Shown piece after piece: positions 48,105 to 55,442 of a stretch of 55,442 bases of DNA. Within the stretch, counting starts at the first letter, position 1; each line of letters begins with the position of its first letter. Origin of the DNA: a virus (taxonomy: Duplodnaviria > Caudoviricetes); the IMG/VR virus record IMGVR_UViG_3300027859_000018, positions 1-55,442 of that record. One strand, 5' to 3'. The notes under the pieces are model-generated. The model had not been told where the DNA came from. It saw only the letters and a list, made by a program, of their open reading frames with translations, and did not search any database. The translations under genes were made by a program, and so were the position numbers.

Positions 48105-48325
48105 CTTATATTAAATGCTTTATGTGCGTTATATTTAGCGTATTCAGCAACACCCATTCGGAATTGCCATTCTCTTCTTCTATAGTTGATGTCAGTGCAC
48201 CACTTTTTCCAAGCTATAGTTCTGGTTGATTCACCATACTTTTTCTCAAACTCAATTACTTGATTAAGTTTGTCAGCAATTTTTTCTGCTGGATAATCTT
48301 TATATTCTTTATTCATCATATTCAA
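48101..48325 (-). CDS. Hypothetical early protein
   Basis: 74-aa ORF, WKKWC-x-D-x-x-YR-x-x-EW. Confidence 0.65.
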   Translation of the reverse strand: MNMMNKEYKDYPAEKIADKLNQVIEFEKKYGESTRTIAWKKWCTDINYRRREWQFRMGVAEYAKYNAHKAFNIR

Positions 48326-48407
48326 ATTCTGTGTGTTCTTTACAATCAGAGCATAGACCTGTGTTATATAGTTCTGTAGCTCCGCAACATTCGCTTACTC
48401 TATTCAT
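48309..48407 (-). CDS. 32-aa zinc-ribbon-like peptide
   Basis: MNRVSECCGATELYNTGLCSDCKEHTEFEYDE. Confidence 0.6.
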   Translation of the reverse strand: MNRVSECCGATELYNTGLCSDCKEHTEFEYDE

Positions 48408-48630
48408 CTTTTAATATATTAGTTCCATAAAGCATGGAGTTAATACCTAAGTCAGCTTTATTAATATTAGTAAATAATATTAAATCTTTTATAGTTGAAA
48501 TCTTTAATTCAGACCATAATACTTTAGACATTAGTGTGTATTTGATTGTACTTACACTGTCGTATTGTTTAGAGCTTTTATCTAGTTGCTCTTTGATTGT
48601 TGGTTTTAATTGTTCGTAAATGTTTGTCAT
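48400..48630 (-). CDS. Hypothetical early protein
   Basis: 76-aa ORF directly downstream of a promoter-motif copy. Confidence 0.7.
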   Translation of the reverse strand: MTNIYEQLKPTIKEQLDKSSKQYDSVSTIKYTLMSKVLWSELKISTIKDLILFTNINKADLGINSMLYGTNILKDE

Positions 48631-48647
48631 AATTATTATTTTATTTT

Positions 48648-48679
48648 ATTATCCGTTTTAATTCGTATTTAACACGTAA
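48648..48679 (-). promoter_or_regulatory. Tripartite motif copy
   Basis: ATTATCC-gttttaat-TCGTATT-taacac-GTAA. Confidence 0.75.
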
Positions 48680-48843
48680 AATCGTTTTGTAAATACTTTC
48701 TTTTGAGGTAGCTTATACCTTCTATTCCCCATACCTTTACACTCACCGTATATTTTAAGTACTTCAGTATGTCTGAATCTTCTTTGTTTCTTTTTGTCTT
48801 CTACATATTGCAGAAGCTCTCTCATATTAGTTGGTGCCTTCAT
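48658..48843 (-). CDS. Basic hypothetical early protein
   Basis: 61-aa ORF. Confidence 0.6.
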   Translation of the reverse strand: MKAPTNMRELLQYVEDKKKQRRFRHTEVLKIYGECKGMGNRRYKLPQKKVFTKRFYVLNTN

Positions 48844-48964
48844 AAAATTCTATCATTTGGTTACACTTTTCAAGTGAATCTATGCTCACCCATTCGTCTA
48901 TATCTTCAACGTATATCATACCGTTGACTACATCGTTTACTAGTTTATATTTATCGTATCTCAT
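48827..48964 (-). CDS. 45-aa hypothetical early protein
   Basis: MRYDKYKLVNDVVNGMIYVEDIDEWVSIDSLEKCNQMIEFYEGTN. Confidence 0.55.
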   Translation of the reverse strand: MRYDKYKLVNDVVNGMIYVEDIDEWVSIDSLEKCNQMIEFYEGTN

Positions 48965-48984
48965 AATTATATTTTTTTTATTAG

Positions 48985-49207
48985 TTAAAATGGTAAAATA
49001 GTTTTTTCTATATAGGTTAAACCTTTGAATTTAAACCAGTGACTTTTTCCATATTTATATTGGTCAATGCCATCTTCATCTTTTCCAAGGTGAATTTGTT
49101 TAAAGCCGAAGCTAGGTGGCAAAGTGCCTATAAAATAACCTTGGTAAGTTATATTATTTAGTTTGATTTGATTTGAGTTTTTTAAGGATTTTTATAGTGT
49201 TTGTCAT
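48985..49207 (-). pseudogene. Early gene interrupted by a one-base frameshift in an A6 run
   Basis: Removing one A from CTTAAAAAACTC gives a continuous 73-aa ORF ending ...WFKFKGLTYIEKTILPF. Confidence 0.6.
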
Positions 49208-49223
49208 AACTTTAATTTATTTT

Positions 49224-49255
49224 ATTATCCATTTAGTTTCGTATTTAGTTTGTAA
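49224..49255 (-). promoter_or_regulatory. Tripartite motif copy
   Basis: ATTATCC-atttagtt-TCGTATT-tagttt-GTAA. Confidence 0.75.
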
Positions 49256-49257
49256 TT

Positions 49258-49551
49258 TTATTCAAAGTAATCTTTATAATTTTCAAGTAAGCTTTCCATA
49301 TATTCTTTATCTTCCATTTCTTCACTACTTAGTTGGTGGCCTTTAATAAACTTTACAACTTTTAGTAATTCCTTTAATAACTCTACACTAGTATATTTTA
49401 ATTTTTCGTCAAACCAATCTTGATTTACTATATTTTTATCTAGTACATAGTCAAATATTTTATTTTCATTATTTATATTTTCTTCAGTTCCCCAATACTC
49501 TACATTAGTATGGTTTTTAATTTCTTCTTTTATTAAGTTTATTATTTTCAT
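49258..49551 (-). CDS. Hypothetical early protein
   Basis: 97-aa ORF. Confidence 0.65.
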   Translation of the reverse strand: MKIINLIKEEIKNHTNVEYWGTEENINNENKIFDYVLDKNIVNQDWFDEKLKYTSVELLKELLKVVKFIKGHQLSSEEMEDKEYMESLLENYKDYFE

Positions 49552-49555
49552 AGTA

Positions 49556-49681
49556 TTATTTATTAATAGTTATTTTCATTTGAAAGGGATTTGGGTATTC
49601 AATTTCTACATTGAAATCTTCGACTTGAGTATTTAAAGTTTCTAAGTCTTTTAATTGTTGAATTAGTTTTTTAAGTGTCAT
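49556..49681 (-). CDS. 41-aa hypothetical early protein
   Basis: MTLKKLIQQLKDLETLNTQVEDFNVEIEYPNPFQMKITINK downstream of a promoter-motif copy. Confidence 0.6.
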   Translation of the reverse strand: MTLKKLIQQLKDLETLNTQVEDFNVEIEYPNPFQMKITINK

Positions 49682-49706
49682 TTTATTATTTTTTAATTAC
49701 ACTTAT

Positions 49707-49738
49707 ATTATCCAAATATCTTCGTAATTCGTTTGTAA
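49707..49738 (-). promoter_or_regulatory. Tripartite motif copy
   Basis: ATTATCC-aaatatct-TCGTAAT-tcgttt-GTAA. Confidence 0.75.
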
Positions 49739-49819
49739 ATAAAAGTATACACTTTGTTTGTATAGTGAAATTTGTTTAATAGTATTATACTTAAACTTGT
49801 AGTGAGTGAAGTAGTTAGT

Positions 49820-49864
49820 GTGACATTTACTACATAATATAGTATAATAGGTAGCTTTTGTCAC
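49820..49864. promoter_or_regulatory. Dyad site GTGACA-N33-TGTCAC, copy 2
   Basis: Perfect inverted half-sites with an AT-rich spacer in non-coding DNA. Confidence 0.6.
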
Positions 49865-49870
49865 TATATT

Positions 49871-49926
49871 TACCGACTGTCATTACGTCATGTTAATAAA
49901 TATGTATGACAATACGACATACGGTA
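49871..49926. repeat. Imperfect 21-bp inverted repeat built from YGTCAT-like units
   Basis: TACCGACTGTCATTACGTCAT ... ATGACAATACGACATACGGTA. Confidence 0.55.
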
Positions 49927-49945
49927 AGATTTCCGGCGCAGTTTT

Positions 49946-49975
49946 TGCTATACGCAATGCTATACATTGCTATAC
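49946..49975. repeat. Three direct TGCTATAC repeats
   Basis: Copies at 49946, 49958 and 49968. Confidence 0.8.
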
Positions 49976-50087
49976 ACCGAATCCCTCCGGTGCCGAGTGA
50001 TGCTTTCCGCATATCTTGCCTTTGGGATTGGATCTGAGGGGCTGGGATTCCGGCTTACCAATTTAGTGCGTTCCCTCAGGTTAGACC

Positions 50088-50399
50088 TTACTTCTTTTTA
50101 GCAAGGTCGACTCTTTCAATAACACATTCTCTAGTGTTGCTTGGCATGTCAGTTGACTGAGACCAGTAGCCTCTCTTTAGCCAGCAAGGCATGATGTTTA
50201 ACTTAGGTAGCATTATCTTTAATACTTCGTCGTGGTTATAAGTTATCTTTTGATTCTTATTGTTAGTGAAGGTTATTACTTGACCTCTACCATACCATGA
50301 CTTTCTTACTACAAAGTTCTTTCTTGTTATTGGTGGAAAGATTTCTTTTAATTCTTTCTTACTTAGTTTTGCGATTGCTTCTGTTAATTTAGTATTCAT
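50088..50399 (-). CDS. Early phage protein of unknown function
   Basis: 103-aa ORF directly after a promoter-motif copy. Confidence 0.75.
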   Translation of the reverse strand: MNTKLTEAIAKLSKKELKEIFPPITRKNFVVRKSWYGRGQVITFTNNKNQKITYNHDEVLKIMLPKLNIMPCWLKRGYWSQSTDMPSNTRECVIERVDLAKKK

Positions 50400-50427
50400 A
50401 TTATTATTATTTATTTGTTACACTTAT

Positions 50428-50459
50428 ATTATCCAACATACTACGTGTTTCATCCGTAA
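50428..50459 (-). promoter_or_regulatory. Tripartite motif copy
   Basis: ATTATCC-aacatact-ACGTGTT-tcatcc-GTAA. Confidence 0.72.
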
Positions 50460-50620
50460 ATTCCGAACGTTGCATTATCGATTACACTCGGGTCCATGAT
50501 TATCTTACTGATTATACCGACCAGGCCGATGATTGCTAAACCGGTTAGGCTGACAACCCACGCATGCAGGATTAAACTTATTACTTTATCTAGTGTGATG
50601 TGGTTAAATATTCTTTTCAT
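50450..50620 (-). CDS. 56-aa membrane peptide, first gene of the early arm
   Basis: MKRIFNHITLDKVISLILHAWVVSLTGLAIIGLVGIISKIIMDPSVIDNATFGIYG. Confidence 0.65.
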   Translation of the reverse strand: MKRIFNHITLDKVISLILHAWVVSLTGLAIIGLVGIISKIIMDPSVIDNATFGIYG

Positions 50621-50654
50621 TGTATCTTATATTTTATTAGTTACTTACACATAT

Positions 50655-50686
50655 ATTATCCAGTAGTGGCCGTGTTACGTACGTAA
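50655..50686 (-). promoter_or_regulatory. Tripartite motif copy (outermost)
   Basis: ATTATCC-agtagtgg-CCGTGTT-acgtac-GTAA. Confidence 0.72.
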
Positions 50687-50863
50687 AAGCCAAAACTTTC
50701 TGGATAAAATCCGCAAAAGCAGGGGTCCCCGGGTCAAACCGAAAAAACTTTACAAACGTAATACACCTGTAAAACGGGGGCATAGCCCATTAGTTCTTTA
50801 TTTGTAACAACTTTTTTACGCGCATCATATAATAAATAATGTTATTATTTATTTATATATATA

Positions 50864-50906
50864 TGACATAAGGTATAATTATATAATAGTAAGTAGCTAG
50901 CGTCAC
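50864..50906. promoter_or_regulatory. Dyad site TGACA-N32-CGTCAC, copy 3
   Basis: TGACAT...TATAATAG...TAGCT-ag-CGTCAC, similar to copy 2, upstream of the late arm. Confidence 0.5.
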
Positions 50907-50930
50907 ATTATTAAAATATTTGATTTCTAA

Positions 50931-50942
50931 GTAATAATATTA
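50931..50942 (+). promoter_or_regulatory. Putative late promoter box
   Basis: GTAATAATATTA before ATG 50945. Confidence 0.45.
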
Positions 50943-50944
50943 AT

Positions 50945-51178
50945 ATGGCACAAAAACTAAGTAAAAGAGCAAAAGCCGCTAAAGCAGCGAGAGATAAGAA
51001 ATATGCAATGAGCGCTGATCGTAAAAAGAAAAAAGCTGAAAACCAAAGAAAAAGGCGTGCGGCTAAGAAAAAAGGTAAGAATCTAAAAGGCAAGGACTAT
51101 GATCACAAGACAGGAAGATTCACATCGATAAAGAAAAACAGAGGTAACCGAGGCAAAGGTACTAAAAAAGAAAAATAA
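50945..51178 (+). CDS. Very basic protein with degenerate HNH-like motif
   Basis: KGKDYDH...KKNRG; Lys/Arg-rich. Confidence 0.65.
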   Translation: MAQKLSKRAKAAKAARDKKYAMSADRKKKKAENQRKRRAAKKKGKNLKGKDYDHKTGRFTSIKKNRGNRGKGTKKEK

Positions 51179-51179
51179 T

Positions 51180-51653
51180 ATGGCTAGAATACAAACTTAT
51201 GCTAAAGATAACACTCTTTCTGACAAAGATAAGGTTATAGGATCAAATTTTACCTCTACATTAAACGGTAAAGATCAATTTACTACAAGAAACTTTACAA
51301 TGAAAGAGCTTAGAGGCTTTATAGGCTTCGATGCTAACCTATTAACAGCTACAGAAACTAATAATGTGCACACATGCGACATAAGTTTAGGAAATAACTT
51401 TCAAATTATAGCTAATAACAACCTAACATCTATAACTTTTACAGTAACTAGCTCAGATGTTGGGAAATCGGGCACAATTGTACTAGTAAATCATGCAAAT
51501 GGCACAACATACAACCAATTACCCTCAATTTTCTTAACACCAGATAATTCAAACATTAATTTTGTTACAACTGGTAACGCAATATCAATAATTTCTTATT
51601 TTATTTTTAAAGAAGACAAAATACTTACTAATTACGTAGGTAATTATGCTTAA
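51180..51653 (+). CDS. Putative virion structural protein
   Basis: MARI-x-TY-x-x-D...DKVIGS N-terminus and beta-rich C-terminal domain. Confidence 0.55.
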   Translation: MARIQTYAKDNTLSDKDKVIGSNFTSTLNGKDQFTTRNFTMKELRGFIGFDANLLTATETNNVHTCDISLGNNFQIIANNNLTSITFTVTSSDVGKSGTIVLVNHANGTTYNQLPSIFLTPDNSNINFVTTGNAISIISYFIFKEDKILTNYVGNYA

Positions 51654-51659
51654 AACCAC

Positions 51660-51674
51660 GTAATTATTATAATA
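51660..51674 (+). promoter_or_regulatory. Putative late promoter box
   Basis: GTAATTATTATAATA before ATG 51687. Confidence 0.5.
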
Positions 51675-51686
51675 ACCAAAACCAAT

Positions 51687-51995
51687 ATGACATTTTATTA
51701 CAAAACCTATTCCTGGGCGAATAATAGTAACCAAGGAATATCCGAAGAAACCAAAAAATCATGGGAATTTTTCGCAGACAAAAAAAATTGGAGAATTGTA
51801 CAACTACCAAACGGATTTTACCAAACAGAATGCAAAAACTTAGATGCAAAAGGTAATCCAACCGATACTTGGACAGATATAACCAGAAGAGAAACCATTG
51901 AATCAGCAGAAGCTGCAATCGATGGAAGCATTGAACATTACAATAAAAAGCTAGAATTTTCAAAAGGGCCTAAAGTTGTAAAAACATTTGAATAA
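51687..51995 (+). CDS. Hypothetical protein upstream of groEL
   Basis: 102-aa ORF, NWRIVQLPNGFYQTE...TRRET. Confidence 0.75.
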   Translation: MTFYYKTYSWANNSNQGISEETKKSWEFFADKKNWRIVQLPNGFYQTECKNLDAKGNPTDTWTDITRRETIESAEAAIDGSIEHYNKKLEFSKGPKVVKTFE

Positions 51996-52019
51996 TAACC
52001 ACTAAAATAATTTAATATA

Positions 52020-53585
52020 ATGGAATTTAATAATCCAAGTGAGATTGTAAAGAATCTATCTTTTGGGATAGATGCAAGAGAAAAAGTGATGGCTGGCGTA
52101 GAAAAATTAACAAATGCTGTTAAGTCTACGCTTGGCGCATCCGGAAAATGCGTTATATATGAAGACGCAATGGGAAGACCGGTGATAACAAAAGACGGTG
52201 TAACGGTAGCTGAATCCGTAGTCTTATATGATCCGGTCGAAAATATGGGTGCAACCTTAATTAAAGAAGCTGCTAAAAATACAGTAAAAGAAGCGGGTGA
52301 TGGTACAACTACAGCAACAGTAATTGCTCATAGTTTATTAACACTAGCTAATAATAAAAAATATGCAGCTACAATAAGACCCATTAAAGAAGGTATTTTA
52401 TCTGCAAAAGATAAAGTAATTAAATATTTAGATAATGCAGCTATCAAAGTTGAAGGTAGCATGTTAGAAAACGTTAGCGCAATTAGTTGCAATAACGATA
52501 AAGCTCTTGGTAAAATAATATCGCAAGCTTATAGTAAAGTAGGAAAAGATGGGGTAGTCCTAATGGAAGAGTCCGAGACCGCAGATACCCATGTTGATTT
52601 TGTCGAAGGCACACAAATTGAGTGCGGACTTAAATCGCCACATTTTATGACAGACAAGGATAAAAGGAAAGCAGTGCTAGATAATCCGTACGTACTGATA
52701 GTATCTTCGCTTATACCTAATATCCGTAAAATACAAAATGTATTGGAGTTTGTTATTAGAAAGAAAAGGAGTTTACTTATAGTTGCGGGCGTTGAACAAC
52801 AACCTATGGCGGCTTTACTTGCTAATAAAGTAAAAGGTAATATAAAAGTAAATATTATAGACCTGCCGGGTTTTGGCCCAACAAAACAAGACACTGTAGA
52901 AGATCTTGCGATATTAACAGGAGCAAAAGTAATAGACGAAGAGTTAGGAGATGATTTAGATTTAATTGATCCAGATGTATTAGGTGAAGTTAAACAAGCT
53001 GTAACTGATGAAAAAAATACAGTTATACAAGTTATAGAAAGAGGTAATGATTTAGAAGAAAGAATTAAATCTGTAGAAAAGAAAATTAAAAAAGAAAAAA
53101 ATCCTTACTTAAAAAAGAAAATACAACAAAGATTAGCAATATTAAACGGAGAAGTTGCTATTATTAAAGTTGGTGCAGACTCTAAAGTTGAAATGAAAGA
53201 AAAGAAAGATAGGGTCGAAGATGCAATATATGCAACAAAAGCTGCATTACAAGAAGGTATAGTGCCAGGAGGTGGTGTTGCTTTACTAGATGCTTCATAT
53301 GCTATCATTCCTGAAAATGACGGCGAGGCTGTTTTGCTAGAAGCTATCAAAGCACCATATGCAACTATAATTGATAATGCTGCATTAGCACATTATGAAT
53401 CAGGAAAAATTGGTATAGGTATTGATGTTGTAGCTAATCAGCAAGTAAATATGATAGATGCTGGAATTATAGATCCAGTACTTGTAACTAAAACAGCTTT
53501 AAAAAATGCAGTTAGTGTTGTTAATACAATATTTTCTGCAGATTGTGTAATTAATAATGTAAGAGTTCAAAATGAAAGCAATTAA
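52020..53585 (+). CDS. groEL: Phage chaperonin GroEL
   Basis: ITKDGVTVA, AGDGTTTAT, EGIVPGGG, GIIDP; lacks the GGM tail. Confidence 0.96.
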   Translation: MEFNNPSEIVKNLSFGIDAREKVMAGVEKLTNAVKSTLGASGKCVIYEDAMGRPVITKDGVTVAESVVLYDPVENMGATLIKEAAKNTVKEAGDGTTTATVIAHSLLTLANNKKYAATIRPIKEGILSAKDKVIKYLDNAAIKVEGSMLENVSAISCNNDKALGKIISQAYSKVGKDGVVLMEESETADTHVDFVEGTQIECGLKSPHFMTDKDKRKAVLDNPYVLIVSSLIPNIRKIQNVLEFVIRKKRSLLIVAGVEQQPMAALLANKVKGNIKVNIIDLPGFGPTKQDTVEDLAILTGAKVIDEELGDDLDLIDPDVLGEVKQAVTDEKNTVIQVIERGNDLEERIKSVEKKIKKEKNPYLKKKIQQRLAILNGEVAIIKVGADSKVEMKEKKDRVEDAIYATKAALQEGIVPGGGVALLDASYAIIPENDGEAVLLEAIKAPYATIIDNAALAHYESGKIGIGIDVVANQQVNMIDAGIIDPVLVTKTALKNAVSVVNTIFSADCVINNVRVQNESN

Positions 53586-53829
53586 TTACTTTGTTGTTAT
53601 AGAAAAAATAAAAGAAGCGCCGAAGAAAGTAGGTGGCTTAGAGCTTACCGAAGATCAAAATAAAGAACTTAGGTATTTAAAAGCAAAAGTTATTTCTGCC
53701 GGTTCATTAGCAGAAGGTGTAAAAGATGGAGATATAATACATTATGATAAACATGCTGGTCATGGAATTGATTGGAAAGATAAAATGTATTATGTAATAT
53801 CTATTCGAGATGTTGTTTTAGTTGAATGA
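53572..53829 (+). CDS. groES: Co-chaperonin GroES
   Basis: VGGLEL mobile loop, VISAG, VKDGD-x-I-x-Y, 85 aa. Confidence 0.85.
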   Translation: MKAINYFVVIEKIKEAPKKVGGLELTEDQNKELRYLKAKVISAGSLAEGVKDGDIIHYDKHAGHGIDWKDKMYYVISIRDVVLVE

Positions 53830-54266
53830 GAATAGAAGCAAACGACATAAGAGAATTAAATTTATTAAAATATTATAGGCTCATTCGTAAATGGGCCTGT
53901 AAAACTTATGGGCTAAAGGATGCTGATTTAGAACTTTTAGTCTATTTAGATTGCAAATCGCGATTTACACGTAATGAATTTATAAGTGGTGCATATACTT
54001 ATTCATGGGATAAAAATAGATGGGAACGTTTAAGAAAAGCCGGATGGATAGATGTATGGCGTCACAGAAATAGAACAACTATAAAATACAGTATATACAA
54101 AACCTCATTTAAATGTAGTCAACTTATATCTCGTATATACAGAATAATGCTCGGTCAAGAAGACTTACCTACAAGCGAGCGTAGTGTATTTTATGGTAAT
54201 AAATCATATACTGATAAAGTTTATAATAAAGCTATAGATGATATGATAAAAGATAAAGATCGATAA
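53826..54266 (+). CDS. Winged-helix DNA-binding protein
   Basis: YGL-x-x-ADLELL-x-YL...L-x-x-x-GWI...Y-x-x-S-x-K, a MarR-like pattern. Confidence 0.6.
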   Translation: MRIEANDIRELNLLKYYRLIRKWACKTYGLKDADLELLVYLDCKSRFTRNEFISGAYTYSWDKNRWERLRKAGWIDVWRHRNRTTIKYSIYKTSFKCSQLISRIYRIMLGQEDLPTSERSVFYGNKSYTDKVYNKAIDDMIKDKDR

Positions 54267-54631
54267 TGGGCTACAAAATGAAAAGCAATATACATTCATT
54301 GTTAGGTATTAACAAAGAGTTATCAACCTATAGCGTGCCTGTTTTTGAAAAAAATTTAGGTGAAACATGGGGAGTAGCTAATAATGATAGAACAATTTTT
54401 GTTAATTCAAAATTATCCAAAGCAAATAAAAAACATGCAGCTGAGCATGAACATTTACATGTTATGCAAATGCGTATGGGGTTGGTTGATTATGATAACG
54501 AAAATGTTTATTTTAGAAATACTTTGTTTGAGCCATTAAAAAAGTATGCTAGAAAAGGTATGCAAGCAGGTAAAACTACTTTACCATGGGAAAAACAAGT
54601 TTATAACATAACTAAAAAATATGCCAAGTAA
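54266..54631 (+). CDS. Small zincin metallopeptidase-like protein
   Basis: G-x-A...TIFVN...EHEHLH-x-x-Q...PWE. Confidence 0.65.
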   Translation: MGYKMKSNIHSLLGINKELSTYSVPVFEKNLGETWGVANNDRTIFVNSKLSKANKKHAAEHEHLHVMQMRMGLVDYDNENVYFRNTLFEPLKKYARKGMQAGKTTLPWEKQVYNITKKYAK

Positions 54632-54914
54632 AAACGCACCATCAAAGAAAAAATCTCTAGGTTATTACAATCCAGTAAAAAACAAAAAGAAAGAAGGAGC
54701 TGCAGCTGGTGGTGGAATGACCAAAAAAGGTGTAGCTAAATATAGAAGGGATAATCCTGGTAGTAAGCTAAAAACAGCCGTTACTAAATGTGACGTTAAA
54801 GTTGGCACTAAAGCATATAAAAGACAAAAAGCATTCTGCAGTAGATCTAGAAGCTGGAAGGGCGAAAGAGGTAAAGCCGCTAGAAGAAGATGGTGTTGCA
54901 GTAGGCATAGATAA
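54621..54914 (+). CDS. Basic protein (KG...YR...NPGS-x-L...R-x-K-x-FC-x-R...W-x-C)
   Basis: Motif of a widespread small basic phage family. Confidence 0.7.
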   Translation: MPSKNAPSKKKSLGYYNPVKNKKKEGAAAGGGMTKKGVAKYRRDNPGSKLKTAVTKCDVKVGTKAYKRQKAFCSRSRSWKGERGKAARRRWCCSRHR

Positions 54915-54924
54915 ATTTAATATT

Positions 54925-55095
54925 ATGTATAGATCAAATCCAAAGGGTCTAGGAGACTCAATAGAAAATTTTACAACAAAAACCGGAATAAAAAAGATGG
55001 TAGACGTAGTTTCTGAAGGTTTAAATATACCTTGCGGCTGTGAAGGTCGAAGAAAAGCTATGAACGCTTTATTCCCTTACAGAAACAAAAACTAA
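54925..55095 (+). CDS. 56-aa protein, GLGD...CGC-x-x-R family (likely start MYRSN)
   Basis: KGLGDSI...TGIK...CGCEGRR...N-x-LFPY. Confidence 0.7.
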   Translation: MYRSNPKGLGDSIENFTTKTGIKKMVDVVSEGLNIPCGCEGRRKAMNALFPYRNKN

Positions 55096-55109
55096 AAAAA
55101 ATTAAAAAA

Positions 55110-55442
55110 ATGGCAAAAGTTAATACAAATAAATTAAACCCAGGTCAGAAAAAAATGGTAGAAGCTATAGCAAAAGAACAAGGTGCTCTAGCAATGGCTG
55201 GTAGCAAAGGCATATACAATATGAAACCTGGACACTCAAGTAGCAAACCAATGAGTGAAATTAACATGAGTAATAAAGATGCACTTATGATGAGTGCATT
55301 GCTTCATAAAGCAGATCCACCAGGACACGTACACGGTAGTACTGAAGTACCTACGGTTACTGTCGAAAAATCTTCTTCTTCTACAAATGTTAATGAAAAA
55401 AGTTCAAGCAGTAGTAGTGGTGGTGGAAGTGGTGTAAGTTAT
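55110..55442 (+). CDS. 5' part of a Ser/Gly-rich protein, truncated by the window
   Basis: MAKVNTNKLNPGQKK...SSSSSSGGGSGVSY is open to the window end. Confidence 0.65.
   Translation, partial: MAKVNTNKLNPGQKKMVEAIAKEQGALAMAGSKGIYNMKPGHSSSKPMSEINMSNKDALMMSALLHKADPPGHVHGSTEVPTVTVEKSSSSTNVNEKSSSSSSGGGSGVSY

Overview
This window looks like most of the genome of an AT-rich, lytic, podovirus-like tailed phage, probably marine and probably infecting a Bacteroidota (flavobacterial) host. The host call is inferred from SD-less, A-rich translation starts and an SSB ending in DDLPF. The + strand arm (50945-55442, and 1-30662 if the genome is circularly permuted) carries late genes: GroEL/GroES, terminase, portal, scaffold, major capsid, tail rings/nozzle, ejection proteins, small basic proteins, an unusual envelope module and an M15 endolysin. 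The - strand arm (50620 down to 30664) carries small early genes, tRNA-fMet, an HTH protein, a sigma factor, ERF/RecE-like recombination genes, SSB, primase-helicase, ThyA, NTP pyrophosphatases, a resolvase, NrdBA and a JmjC/cupin/glycosyltransferase cassette. No DNA polymerase or integrase is recognisable. The strongest unexplained signals are: (i) a ~390-nt ORF-free, GC-rich, self-complementary region with its own promoter motif upstream of tRNA-fMet (candidate large ncRNA); (ii) a duplicated [membrane coiled-coil + Cys-less thioredoxin-fold] module flanking a beta-barrel-like gene, followed by an 11-aa Cys micropeptide coupled to the endolysin; (iii) nine exactly spaced copies of a tripartite promoter-like motif; (iv) three TGACA-N32/33-YGTCR dyads linking an HTH gene to a candidate origin and genome end; (v) a hydroxylase plus glycosyltransferase cassette. 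All family calls come from motif recognition by eye; no searches were run.
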